This document shows, in pieces, positions 47,873 through 60,504 of a stretch of DNA of 64,000 nucleotides. Position 1 is the stretch's first letter. Each line of letters starts with the position of its first letter. The notes beneath the pieces are model-generated. The model was given only the letters and a program-made list of their open reading frames with translations, ran no database searches and was not told the origin of the DNA. The position numbers and the translations under genes were made by a program. Source of the DNA: Prorocentrum cordatum (lineage: Eukaryota); the NCBI GenBank assembly GCA_963575745.1, contig CAUYUJ010000292.1, positions 558,001 through 622,000 on the forward strand. The letters are read 5' to 3'.

Positions 47873-48829
47873 CGAAACAGATCTGGCACCGCATCGTCTT
47901 CAACCCAACAAGGCAACGGGGGGCAGGGGGGGGAAGGGACAAGGGGCGGGAATGGGGGGGGAAAGGGGGAGGTTTGGGACGGTAAGGAGGAAGGAGGAAG
48001 AGCAGGAATGAGGAGGAGGAGGAGGAGGAGGAGGAGGAGGAAGAAGAGAGGCGATGGAGCGAGCAGGGGAGACTCACGCAGTCCTTGGGGTCAGCTTGCC
48101 GTCCATACCGTCCAGGCCGGGCGGGGTGCCGATCACCTCGGGCGCCTTGGCGGGCAGGGCCACCTTGAAGGGAGGCAGGCGTGGGGGCATGCAGGGAGGG
48201 AGAGGAGGAGAGGAGAGGGGAGGAGAGAAGAGGAGAGGAGAAGAGGACGACAGGAGAAGAGGAGGAAAAGGAGCAGGTGGAGGAGGACGCGATAGACAGC
48301 GAAGGTTCTGTGGGTGCCGTTGGGGGTTGTTGTGAGGAGATGCCCTCCAGGCGGCCAAGGAGGCCCCGAAGACGCCCCAATAGGGCGAACGGGGGCCTCC
48401 AGGAGGGAGAGAAGAGGCCCAAATCGCTGCGTTTCGTATGGTTTAAGGGAATCGCGTTCTCGCCTGCTCTAGCGGCCGACATCCAATAAATGCCCTCGGA
48501 GGCCCCCAAAAGGCCCCCCACATGCCCCAACGCCCCCAGGACGCCCCCAAGGCGGTCCCAACAGGCTTCCTCCTCCTTCTCGCTGGCGGTATGCTGAAGG
48601 CAACGCACATCACATGAAAAAACTAGGGTTACGTAGCACTCCGCAGTTGCGGATAAAAGTGAGGGGGCGGCGAGGACGTCGGCGGTCTGCGAGGCGCAGG
48701 CGCCTAACTTTTACAAGTCATGCAGTGAACCTGCCGCAAGCGCCGATTTTTTTTTATTGCAGGTGGGTCGGGGATGGGTCGCGGGCGGGTCACGGGTTGG
48801 TCGCGGGTTGGTCGCGGGCGGGTTGCGGG

Positions 48830-51049
48830 ACGGACGACGACAACAACGACCGCAACAGCAACAGCAACATCAACAACAACAACATCAACACCAACAATCA
48901 TTCTGAGACTGTTCGCTCTTACTTGCCCGCGTGTCATTCAAAACGAGTTCCCCACACCCTCGATACCTGCCCTTTTTGATTTCGATCACACCCCCTTTGG
49001 GGGGATTCCTTCTCTTTGCGGGGGGGCGGCGGGCTTAGAGAGAGAGAGGGGAGAGATAGAGAGAGAGAGAGAGAGAGAGACAGATAGAGAAATAAAGAAA
49101 TAAAGAACGAGGAAGGGAGGAGGCAGGAGAGGGGAGGGAGAAGGGAGGGGGGAGAGGAGGGAGAGGGGATAAGACAGAGAGGCAGAAGGATGAGGAAAGA
49201 GAGGAGGAAGAGAGAAGAGAGGAGAGGAGGGCGGAGGGAGGAGGGAGGAGGGAGGAGGAGCAGGAAGGTAAGAGCGTGAACGTTCGAGGAAGTCCTAGGC
49301 GAAAACACCGTTCCTGAAGGAAGTCTCGGGCAAGAGCCCACGACGGGCGGGCGATCCCCTGAAGGGCGGGTCGGGCGGGTGGGACATTCAAGCGGGATGC
49401 CTGAGTATGGCGAGAACGCGATTAGTAAGTAAATTGCACGGCGTCCTTGGCGCAGCGTTGTTCCTGAGCGTCGAAAGCGCGATTTCTGAATACACTGCAT
49501 GGCAGTCACAGGCGAGAGCGCAACTCCTGTATAAAATGTGAAAGGTTCTCTGGCGGGAGCGGGGGTCTTGATTAATTTGCGAGGAAGTCTTGATTCAAGC
49601 GCGAGGAAGTCTCAAGCGGGAGCGCCGTTCCTGAGCAAATTGTAAGGAAGTCTCAGATGAGATCGGGGGTCCTGACTAAATTGCAAGGAGGTCACAGGCG
49701 GGAACACCGATCCCGAGTAAATTGCGAGGAAGCCTCAGGAGCGGGGGTCCTGAGTAAAATTGGAGGAAGTCTCAGGCGGGAGCCGTTATTGTTGTAATCC
49801 GGGGGGGCCAGGGGCACAGTTTGAGCACCAAGACTTCCCCTGTCAAATAAACAGGGTACGAGCGTACTTTGATGGAGAAAAAACAGTATTCACCGGTGCG
49901 GTGGGATCAACAATAACTATTCGTCAGAAATGAGAGTTCAACAACAACATCAACAACGACAACGACAACACCAGCAACGATCATGTTAAGACTGTTCGCC
50001 CTTATCTGCTCGAGTGTCCAATAACGCGTATTTCCCAAACCCTCGATACCCGCCCTCTTCGTCTTAGATCGAACCCCTTTTGGGTGGTATACCTTTCTTC
50101 CCTGCAGGCCTGGCCCCGGCAAGCGGCGGGGCGACCGCGGACCGTCGGCCTGGCCAGCGGCAGCGATGATCGGTGGGGCGGCCGCGGACCATCGACCCGA
50201 CCCCAAGAGGGATGGACAGGGGACCGACCACGACGACGACGACGTCGACGACGACGGCGACGACGAGCGAAAGCGACAGCGAGAGAGAACGACAGCAGGG
50301 CCACGAAGGACACGAAGTAGGCCACGAAGGGCGACGGCGGGGACACGAAGGGAATGCGTATGGGGCCACGAAGAGCGCGAACGAGCAGGGGCCACGAAGG
50401 GCAGATAATGCGGGGCCACAGAATGCAACGATGGGGCCACTGAGGGTAGCAACTGGGCCACGTAGGACAGTGAGGGGGCCACACGGCGACAGCGGGGCCA
50501 CGAAGGGCATGCACATGAAGCCACAACGGGCGCAACTCCTGGGTGCCCGGGTGTCGGGAACGCGGCGCTTGAGCAAATTGCAAGAAATTCCAACGCAAGG
50601 GCGCTATTCTTTAGTAAATTCCAAGCAAGTCTCCAGCGAGAGCGCGACTCCAGAGCGCCGGGAGAGCGATTCCTGCATAAATTGTGAGGAAGTCCCAAGC
50701 GAGAGGGCGATTGCTGAATCAAATGCGAGAAAGTCTCGGGCGGGAGCGGGGGTCCTGGCTCAATTTTGAGGAAGTCTCAAGCGGGAGCCGTTGTTGTTGT
50801 AACTCGGGGGCCACGGGCTCAGTTTGAGCGTCAAGACCTTCTCTGTCAAAAAGCACGGTGCAAGCGTCGAGGGGCACACTGTGATGGAGAAAAAACAGTA
50901 TGCACCAGATGGGAGGATCAACAATAATTATTCATCAGAAATGAGAATTCAACACCATCATCAACAACAGTAGCAGCAGCAACAACAGCAGCAGCAGCGG
51001 CAACACCAGCAACAGCAACAGCATCATCATCATCATCATCAGCATCATT

Positions 51050-51092
<43 letters not shown>

Positions 51093-51100
51093 ACAGCAGC
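48830..51100. repeat. Old ~1-kb-period degenerate duplication containing ~46-bp minisatellite units and (CAA)/(CAT)n
   Basis: GACTGTTCGC..TTA...CCCTCGATACC at ~48907 and ~49990; GATGGAGAAAAAACAGTAT...GATCAACAATAA.TATTC.TCAGAAATGAGA at ~49871 and ~50883; AAATTGCGAGGAAGTCTC units. Confidence 0.75.
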
Positions 51101-51109
51101 AACAATCTG

Positions 51110-52110
51110 CACCGCATAATCAAACTTCAGCCACGCGCCCAAGGACAATGAATGACCGTTCGGCCCCCGCACTCTGACAAAAATCACCTGTGCCACTCTC
51201 CGGCCATCAAATGTGACAGCTGAAACTGCATTTTGGGTGTTACAGCCCAAACTATGTGGAGCCGCCTGTCGCGAGAGTCAAACTCGTCCAACGCAACAAT
51301 TTATTCCTCTGCGTCATGGCTGGCAATTGGCAAGACACCAATCTCTGCACCGGGTCGGTCCTGTGCCGGTTCTCGACACGTGAAAGATCAAACGAAATCA
51401 CACATGCTGCGCGACATCAAGGGCACGATGCGTCGGCACGTGCGAACAACCGCATCGGGTTCCGTGCGCCGTGCTTGGTCCTCATGTGGTTGAAGTGCGC
51501 CTAGTGCGCGCCAAAGGCGCGGCCATGGCACTCATGGCAAACAATGAAGGGGCCCTGGGACACACAAATAAGCACACACACAAATGAAAGGATCTCCAAT
51601 CTTTTTACATATTTTCTTGCTTTTTGTGTTCCCCCCCACTTCCGATATTTTCTAATATTTTCTGGGGAATCGACAATTAAGTGTGTCTGTGTGTTTCTTT
51701 CCCTCCTGAAGCAAAATTACCTACACTCCAATGCCCCACGTTCACGTGTCGTCACGTGCCACGCACCGATTCGACGAAACGCAGCTGGATGAATAGTTCC
51801 CTCCACTCGTCTGGGCGGCGCACCATCCGCTCATGCCACGCCTCAGTGCCCAATGGAGGGGATGGGATCACGTTGCTGACAACTGATAAATTCTGGTAGA
51901 CAAGAACCACGTCAGCAGCGATCAACTTCGCTCACGGCAGCAGGAGGCGCCCCTGCTCATCCTGGAAGACAGCATGGTTTTCAAGGGGCGCGCGTCGGAA
52001 CGCGCCAAGTGGGTACAATTTTCCAGCATGAGTTGGTTGATGTTGCAATCAACTGTCAGGTCATCGTTTTCAAACCGAAATCGCGAATCAAGGCGAGCAT
52101 CATTCACAAT
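51110..52110 (-). pseudogene. Degraded 3' fragment of another LINE (post-RT region + zinc fingers), interrupted by a ~170-bp MITE-like insert (~51545-51715; second copy ~60530-60645)
   Basis: Minus-strand pieces LARSDARPLKTMLS, KLIAADVVLVY, WRELFIQL, CHECHGRAF...HMRTKHGARNPMR...SCP*C with stops and frameshifts. Confidence 0.55.
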
Positions 52111-52207
52111 CCTCCTCCTCCTCCTCCTCCTCCTCCTCCTCCTCCTCCTCCTCCCCCTTCTCCTCCTAGTCCTCCTCCTCCTCCTCCTCCTTCTCCTCCT
52201 CCTTTTG

Positions 52208-52240
<33 letters not shown>

Positions 52241-53589
52241 CTCCGTATCCCCACTCTCCTCCTCCTTGCTTCCTCCACCAAGTGTCCCCTCGCCCCCCAG
52301 GGCCCCCGCCTCCGCAACGGCTGCAAGGACACACGCAATTCCATAGGTCGGCCGGGCCTGGCTTCAGCGTTCTGGCCACACTGGCGCTCCCGGGACGGCC
52401 CGGGGCGGCGGCGACTCGCCGCGGGCGTCTCCGACCGCGGTATGTGTAGGAACGAAGGGCGGCTCGTTCTCGGAACAGGCGCGTCCCTTGCATGGCAGGC
52501 CCGTGTGGTCGTCTTTTTTCAAGGAGGGGGGTCGTCCCGCGGTGGAAACAAAATGCGCGCGCGCACGGACTTGTGAGGAGGGCAAGTGGGGACGGCAGGA
52601 AGTCCTGCAGCATGGCTGGCGCACCCTGGGTCTACCCTGGCCAACTTGCTCCTTTTTCCTCCTCCTCCTCCTCCTCCTCCTCCTCCTCCTCCTGTTCCTC
52701 TCACGTTTGCTCGGAGGAGGAAGGGGAGGAGGAGGAGGAGGAGGAGGAGGAGAAATGGAGGAGGACAGGACAAGACATCCGCATAAGGTGGTCAACGTCA
52801 ACACACCTAGACTGGTGCCTTGCGCGCTTCTGCACAATCCCCTGCGGTTTCGTTGTGCGACAGCCCTGCCTTCTCACTAGGGCCGGCAGGGGGCATGCCC
52901 CGAAGCTTCAAGGGGTGAGCTCCAAGGTAAGCCCGTAAGAGAGGCTCGCTACCTTGTGAGTACGACTCCCTGCGGGTCAGTGCGGGTGGAGCAGCTGCTG
53001 GCCCTTTCCGCGTGCCCTGGGACTGGGGACGCGCTGGGCGATCAGGGCTCTCAAGCTAGGGGGGAAGAGACGACGACACGACCACTCAAAAGAAGAACGG
53101 GAGGAGAATCAGGACGCCAATGCTTTCCGAACTTTTGCTGGGGGGGGGGCTAATTATCCTACTGGTTTTATGCTATCCTGTTCTCCCTCTCTCTCTCTCT
53201 CTCTCGGCTCACTTCTCTTCCAGAACGATATGGGCGACAATTGTCCCATGCATTGTCGTAAGTGTACCCTCATACCCGGCTGAAGTATCTTCCTGTTTCC
53301 CCTCGAAGTGTCGGTGGGGAAGAGACATCGCTGCGCAGGAAAATTGTGTACTCATCGGTCGCGGTATACGCTGTCCAACCGATCGAGGGTGCTCCCGAGC
53401 CGCCCACCGACCAGCAGCTGGCAGCCATCCTGGACCACGCCTGCTTCACGCTGGCCGAGGGATTTAGCACACTTTCGTGTCCGCGGGCGCCGAAATGCGC
53501 GAGACGGTCAGGCGCCGGTCAAGCGAGCGGTGGGATGCACCAGAAGCTAATCCAAGCACGAGGCGGAAGAGCACGAGACAAGACAAGCA

Positions 53590-53773
53590 GCTGCTGTTGG
53601 GCAAATTCTCCACCACCACTGCCATACGTAGGACAGGGGAGAAGGGATGGGGAGGTCCTGCTCCTTCTCCTCGCCTCCTCCTCCTCCTCCTCCTCCTCCT
53701 CCTCCTCCTCCTCCTCCTCCCCATCCCTCTCATACCTATGGTAGCGGTGGTGGAAAATTGGCCCATCAGCTGC
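53590..53773. mobile_element. MITE-like element with ~44-bp imperfect TIRs around a (CCT)n core; a half copy at ~9009-9035
   Basis: TGGGCAAATTCTCCACCACCACTGCCATACGTA versus TACCTATGGTAGCGGTGGTGGAAAATTGGCCCA. Confidence 0.65.
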
Positions 53774-53971
53774 GTATGAGTAGCGGATACCATCGGGTGG
53801 TAGAAGGCCTTGGCCAAGGCTTGAAGCACACAGTCTGCAGGGACGCCGCTCCCCTCAAGCCCGGCAGGATCCCAGCCCGCCCCCCTCGGACCCCAACGGT
53901 TCCAGCTGAGGCCAAGACGGACAGGAGTAGATACAAGTGTGACGGCCCACACTGGGCCCTTGCGTTGGTTA

Positions 53972-54144
53972 CAGTCGTCTCGTATCATAAGGATGCGTGA
54001 CAAGGATGCAAGGGCCTTGGACGCCCATTTCGAAGGTTTTTGAGCGGGGCGCGGCCAACGAAAGTGGCCAAGGATGGACCGAGGAGGCAAGGATGCAAGG
54101 GTACCCTTGGGATGGTTGCTCATCCTTGCTGTGTGGGTTCACTG
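53972..54144. mobile_element. Tc1/mariner-type MITE (same family as 31127-31275)
   Basis: TA|CAGT...ACTG|TA termini and shared interior. Confidence 0.8.
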
Positions 54145-54996
54145 TACTTCACCGCATTCTGGATTTTTGGACACGCGCTCGGGGCTCTAAGCACGTTGGG
54201 GGGGGGCTCCGAACAGCAAGCCGCGGTAGGACTTGCCATCGGAAAGAGATGCCCCTGCGAAGACATGGAAGCACGGCCAGGCAACGCTGTGCCTTGGCCT
54301 GCCTGGAGCGCGTGGCTGGCCGACCACCACCACTGGTGCAGAGGCGTCGCTGACCCATTCCACCCACCTCCCTTCCCCGCAACCCCTCTGCCATGCGTTC
54401 CCTGAGATCCGACGTCGCAACAGAAACTGGAGACAACGTCCCTGAGGTGCGGAGCTCTGGACCACATCTTTCCGGGTCACTCTTCGAGCCGGATCGATCT
54501 GCGAGGGTGTCGGGGCCCGAAACCTTTCGAAAAAGCCCGTTGCGAACAACTTGCAACGCCAGGATCTCGGGGGCCCCAGACCCCCGACGTCGCGATTCTG
54601 TCGTGACGTGAACCCCAGGAACCTGACCCCTTCCCAGGAACCGATTTTCATCCTGAGCCGTGTCTTGAAAGTCCCGAGGCCTGGCGATGGCCCCTGGAGG
54701 CCGAGAGTAGCAAAAAACATCCCGTCACGATTTCTGTCACGACGCGAGGGGGGGGACTCGGAGAGGACGTGGAGAGGACGAGGAGGGCGCGGACGCGGAG
54801 GAGGTTCCAAGGTCCGCCAAGGGAGCACATTACCCAGGACTTGCCGCCCACGGAACACATTGCCCAGGAGGAGGAGGAGGAGGAGGAGGAGGAGGAGGAA
54901 GAGGAGGAGGAGGAGAGGAGGAGGAGCAGGAGGAGGAGCAGGAGGAGGAGAGGAGGAGGAGGAGGAGGAGGAGGAGGAGGAGGAGGAGGAGGGGGC

Positions 54997-55124
54997 CTTC
55001 TGCGGCTCGGCGCGGCCCAGCAGGTGCGGCACGAAGCCCACGGGGCCGCTCTGCATCGCGAGGGCGCTGGCGGTCGCGGGGCACAGCCACGGGGGCGGGG
55101 CGCCCATCAGCAGAGGCAGCGCGC
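54997..55124 (-). CDS. Putative downstream exon of the RRM gene
   Basis: cag|GCGCGCTG...CAGAAG|gc; (G)ALPLLMGAPPPWLCPATASALAMQSGPVGFVPHLLGRAEPQK; unique island between microsatellites. Confidence 0.55.
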
Positions 55125-55681
55125 CTGTCGCCTCCCTCCTGCTCCTCCTCCTGCTCCTCCGCCTGCTCCTCCTCCTGCTCCTCCTCCCCATCCTTCTCCT
55201 CCTCCTCCTCCTCCTTCTCTCCTCCTCCTCCTCCTCCTCCTCCTCCTCCCTTTCCTCCTCCTCCTCCTCCTCCTCCTCCTCCTCCTCTCCTCCTCCCCCT
55301 CCCCCTCATCCCCCTCCACCTCCTCCTCCTCCTCCTCCTCCTCCTCCTCCTCCTCCTCCTCCTCCTCCTCTCCTCTCCTCCTCCTCCTCCTCCTCCTTCT
55401 CCTCCTCTCCTCCTCCTCCCCTCCTCTCGCTTCCTCTCTCTTCTTCTTCCTCCTCCTCCTCTCCTCCTCCTGCTCCTCTCCTGCTCCTGCTCCTGCTCTC
55501 CTCCTCCTCCTAAGCCCCTCCTCCTCCTCCTCCTCCTCCTCCTCCGCCTCCTCTTCCTCCTCTTCCTCCTCGCTCCTCCCTTTCCTCGCTCTCCTCGCTC
55601 TTCCTCCTCCTCCTCCTCCTCCTCCTCCTCCTCGCTCTTCCTCCTCCTCCTCCTACTCCTCCTCCTCCTGCTCCTCCTCCT

Positions 55682-55738
<57 letters not shown>

Positions 55739-55912
55739 GCTGCTGCTGCTGCTGCTGCGCCTCCTCCTCCTCCTCCTCCTCCTCCTCCTCCTCCTCCGCC
55801 TTCTCCCGCCCTCTACCCGGCCTGCCGCGTCGGGCAGCGCCCACTCCTCCACGGGTGGCACCGCCGCCGACTGAGGCGCGGCGCAGCCCGCCGCCTCCTG
55901 CTGCGAAGGGGG

Positions 55913-56014
<102 letters not shown>

Positions 56015-56617
56015 TTGGTCGTGGTCGTGATCGTCGTCGTCGTCGTCGTCGTCTTTGCCGTGGTCGTGGTCGTGGTCGTGGTCATAATCGTCGTCGTCGT
56101 CGTTGTCGTCGTGTGCTCAGTTGTCGTCTCCGCCGTCGTCGTGCGGAGAGGGGGGAGTGAGGCGGCGGAAGGGGAGGGAGGCGGGCAGAGCAAAGAGAGC
56201 GAACAAGAATCGAGAAACACTTGAGCGACGGAAAGAAACGGGTCTTGCGCGCGGTGGCACAGCGACCCCCAGCGGTGGCGCACGCGAGCCGCCGGCGCCG
56301 CAAACCACTCTGGCCACGAGGACGCTCACGCGCGACCCTGCGCGGGCAACTTCCGCGCCAGTCGGTAAAGACGACCCGGCTTCATGTGGCGCGTGTGAGT
56401 GGCTCTGCCCTGTTGCTCGCTCCAGTGTATGCGTATCCGGACTCTGCCCCGGGGGCCTGCTCAGCTGCACGAGCAGACGGGGGGAAGCATGCTGTGGACT
56501 GCGGCAGCGGCAACAGTGGCGGCAACAGTGCCTGGGGCCTGGCCCGCCGCCCCTCCCCCCCGCGGGGGGGAAGGCCTCTGAGGACCCCGCCGCGGAGCAC
56601 CACGGCCAGGTGCTCAC

Positions 56618-56688
56618 CATGGGCCACCAGGGCAGGACCCGGCACGGCTTCCGCGCGGAGGTGCAGATCGGCGACTCGCAGGCGGGCC
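56618..56688 (-). CDS. Putative exon of the RRM gene (71 nt)
   Basis: ctccag|...CATG|gtgagc; phases fit the neighbouring candidate exons (ARLRVADLHLRAEAVPGPALVAH). Confidence 0.4.
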
Positions 56689-57809
56689 CTGGAGGACCAG
56701 GGGAGCACCATGGGCCACCAAGGAAGGGCCCGGCACAGCTTCGGCGCGGAGGTGCAGATCGGCGACTCAGAGTGGGGCCCTGGAGAACAGCGTCGACTGC
56801 CCGCCGAAGCCCGACGGTGGCCAGGCGAGCGGTAAGGGCCACCAGAGCAGGACCCCGGCCATCTTCGGCGCGGGGGTGCGCATCGGCAAATCGCAGGGGG
56901 TCCTTGCGCGGTGGGGCCCCGCGCAGGACCCCCACCCTCGTGCCTCTGGAGCGCGACGACGGCGGCGAGGGGATCATATGGGATCGGAGCGGCACCGCTA
57001 ATCGTCCGCGGTCGAGGGCATTCAGGTGCAGCTCTGGGGAGACCAAAAGGTCCCGATACTTCTGCCCCCCCCCCCGACCTCTCCCAGGGTGCGTTCTGAC
57101 CAAGGCGAATCCAGCGGTGGCGACGAGGCCTCCTGGGAGGCCCCAAAAGGGGAAACCGGCCGACGGGTCGAGGTGTGGGTGCCTTGTCCTCCTCGGAGGC
57201 TCATCGCGAAGCGGCGGCACACCAAGCGGAACCGACCGAGGACGAGCTCTGCGCGGACCCGGGCCAGCCAGCCCGCGGCGGGGAGCTCGGGCGTCGCAAC
57301 CTCGACGGCCAGCAGGAGGCCCAAGACGTCGAGGACGCCGACCAGTCGCCGTCGTCGTCGTCGTCGTCGTCGTCGGCGGCGGCACGGCGCCGAGCAGCAG
57401 CGTCGCCGTCGCAGAGAGCACCGCTGCTGCACGCGCAGCATGGCAACAAACAGCACGTGCCCGACCCCGTCGAGCACCTCGCTCGACGCAAGGCGTTGCT
57501 TAGAAGGAACAAGCATAAACATAAGCTCTTGGCGCGCTGAGCGGATCTCTTGGATGTGCGCTGAGACCCCCTTCCCTGGCTGCGCGGAGCGTGCCAAGGG
57601 CGGCGCCAGAGGCGCCGCCGGCGGGGGCCCAGCGCGGATCCGAGAAACCCGCGCGGAGCTCCAAAAGCTTGTGTTTGTGTCGTCTCGTCTTCTTCTTCTT
57701 CTTCTTCTTCTTCTTCTTCGGCTATCTCGGGAAAGCGCAAACGGCATGAGCGATGCAAGCGTTCATGCTCATGCCGTTCTTTGTTCTTCTTCGAGTGCTG
57801 GAGGCGCGC

Positions 57810-57874
57810 CTCGGCAAGCACTGGGCCGGGCTGGGGGGCGTCGCCTGCGCTCCGAAGCTCCTCGGCGTCAACGC
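57810..57874 (-). CDS. Putative exon of the RRM gene (65 nt)
   Basis: gag|GCGTTG...CCGAG|gc; ALTPRSFGAQATPPSPAQCLP; phase 0 to 2 fits the chain. Confidence 0.3.
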
Positions 57875-60396
57875 CTCGGCCCGAGGAAGGGCGCGCCCGA
57901 GGCCCTCGGGGCGGCGCCGTGCGGGCGCAGGGCGGCGGCGCCGTCCCCGGAGGGAGGCCTGGCCGCCGCCGGCCCGCCAGGGCCGCGAGGCCGAGCGGCG
58001 CGGCCCCAGCGCGGCGGGGCCGCGCAGCTCCTGAGGCCGCCTCGAGGCACGCCTCCGCCGCAGGTGCGCGGCCGCGGCCAGCTGCAGTCGGCCCGTGGCG
58101 CAAGGATGCGCGATGAGGATAGAAGGACCTCGGACGCCCAATTCGAAGCTGTTCGAGCCGGGCGCGGCCAAGGAAAGTGGGCAAGGATGAGCCGAGGAGG
58201 CAAGGGTGCAAGGGTACCCTTGGGAAGGATGACAATCCTACTTATCTCGGCGGCGAGAGAGGGGCGGCACTGAGAAGGAGAGGGCCTTCTCAGAAGGGTC
58301 GGAAGTCCCCTGGCCTTCTGAGAAGTTTCCTAAGCCTTTCCCGACGACTGACAACACTTTTCAGAAGGCGCAAGGGCTTCTGAGAAGTCCCGCCGCCTTC
58401 TGAGAAGGCCTTGTCCGTCTCACTTCCCCCCCGGGCGCGCCGCCGACTTTGGCTTTTGGGTCCGGCCGTTCGGGACGATCCGGGCACCCCTGGAACGCCC
58501 TCGGCGAGGCGCAGCTGCTGGCAAGCATCCCGAGGCTAGAAAACCGCCGAGAACCGCCGAAAGCGCCCGAGAATCTAGAACCTCGAACTTCAAACCCGAA
58601 GCTTCCCCCCCTCGCTCGCCGCCGATTGCTATGCGAGTAAGCCGTGTGCGTGGCGGGCGTGCGGTGATCATCGATCTGAGCGGCGCGGGCGCTGCAGCGG
58701 TCGTCGGCGCCACCCGGCGCCCGACGGCCCCCGGCGCCCCGCGTGGACTGGAGAGGAGGCGCGTGCAGCGCCTCTTCGGTACAGTCGGGGCGTTGACCTA
58801 AGGAACCCTAAATAAGGAACGAGGCCCATTTTTTCCATAAGTTGAACTTCGACTTCCTGTCGAAAACATAAGGAAAACCTGAGGCAATCTGTGAAACACT
58901 CAAGGAACGCGGAGCCCCTCCCCAACCAAAAGGGTTCCTTCTTCAGGGCCCCGACTGTACCCCCCGCCCGCCCTCCTGGGCAGCAGACGGCTGTGTGAGT
59001 CGGGGGCGCGCAAACACGGATCGGCAATCCATGGATTTGGCGCGCGGTCGCCGAAGAAGCCACGGATCGGGGGAGGTGCCCTCCCCAAGAATGCGGCCGG
59101 TGCCGCCTCGTTCGGCGGCGGAAATCCGCATCGTTCGGCGGCGGCGTGTGCAGCCCCTCTTCGGTGTCAGGTCGGGCGTGTCCTCCTATAGGCGGATTGT
59201 GGACGAACGACTAAAATGCAGTCAACGCATAATCAAAACATGCACCCAAAAGACTCAAAACATCGTCTACTGCTTTTGAATACTCCTCCTGTAGAGGGAC
59301 ATGCCTGACTTCACTTCAGTGCCCCCCGCCCGCCCTCCTGGGCGACAGACGGCTGTGTGAGGCTAGGTTCGCCAGCATGCCTCTAGCAGCAGAATCCTCG
59401 CTCGTCTTGCGACACTGCGACGCATGACTCCGAAGGTCAAGCACGCGGGCGGCTCGAACCAGGACAAAGAGGGCACGATAACGAAACGAGACAGGATGCG
59501 AGGAGGGGGGAGGGATGGAGGTGGAGTAGGCCGCTCAACACTCCTCGGTAGAGCTACCCAGGGCGGTCCTGGGCAGCAATACGCGTGAGGCCCGCGCCTC
59601 TTCGCTCGCCCTCCTCGTCCTCCCCTCCCTCGCGCCTCCCCCCCTTTGAGCAGGGACCGACCGTCCCGACATGCCTATAGGCCTACCACGACAAGTTCTT
59701 AGAACTCCCAAATGCCCTAATAACAGCAACAGCGTTCGTATAGCATAAACCGTATGTGCTGAAACAGGACAGTCTCAGCCAAACATCTTCTGATAACATC
59801 TCGTGCAGACCATGAAAAGGCTCTTAGAACATGGCCTGGTGGGCCTATAGGCACGCCAGGGCGCTTCGCCCCTGCTCGACCCCGTCCTTCCCGCCCGCCT
59901 CTCCTCGGAGGGCGGAGGGACGACCCAGACCTGCGACGCCCTGATGTTAGGACGGCGCCCCCAGGCCCTTTCCCCGGGCCGGTTATGTTGTTCCCATCCC
60001 ACTTAAGGACCGCATCCCAGAAAGAATTTCGAGCACCCAGAAAAGTGTCGAAAGAGTATCGAGCGAGTGTCGAAAGAGTGTCGAAACAGTGTCGGGCGAA
60101 TGTCTCCCAAGGCCCAACGACAGGTGAAAACCCTCGAGTTTCGGTATTTTTCTAATGCTCGAAATTATTTCTGGTGATCAAGGCTAAAGTAGGTTGGAAC
60201 ATCATAATCCCGGGGGCCGTTTTTTCATCTGGAATCGTTTTTTGACGGTCCCGGGGACTGGCGAGGGCCACCAGGGGCCGAAAATAGCGAAAAAACGCCC
60301 GTCTGGATTTCTTCACGACGCGATCATGTCTGGGAAGGGGGGGAGGAGGAGGTGGAGGAGGAGGAGGAGGAGGAGGAGGAGGAGGAGGAGGAGGGC

Positions 60397-60504
60397 CTGC
60401 CCCAGCTTGTGCGGCGGGGCCGCGCTCTTGACCTCGATCCACTTGCCGCGGATGCGGTGGCTCTGGTACTGCTCCAGCGCCATGGCGAGCGCCGACGCAC
60501 CCTC
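60397..60504 (-). CDS. RRM gene exon: helix 2 / beta 4 of the RRM
   Basis: cag|GAGGGT...GGGCAG|gc; EGASALAMALEQYQSHRIRGKWIEVKSAAPPHKLGQ matches the H.I.GK.VEVK.A end of Musashi/hnRNP-A1-type RRMs. Confidence 0.85.

Noticed and set aside
52960..54410. Further 3' exons of the RRM gene (e.g. GHLFPM, DCVLQALAK, ALIAQRVP...)
   Set aside because: Splice sites and phases could not be joined convincingly.
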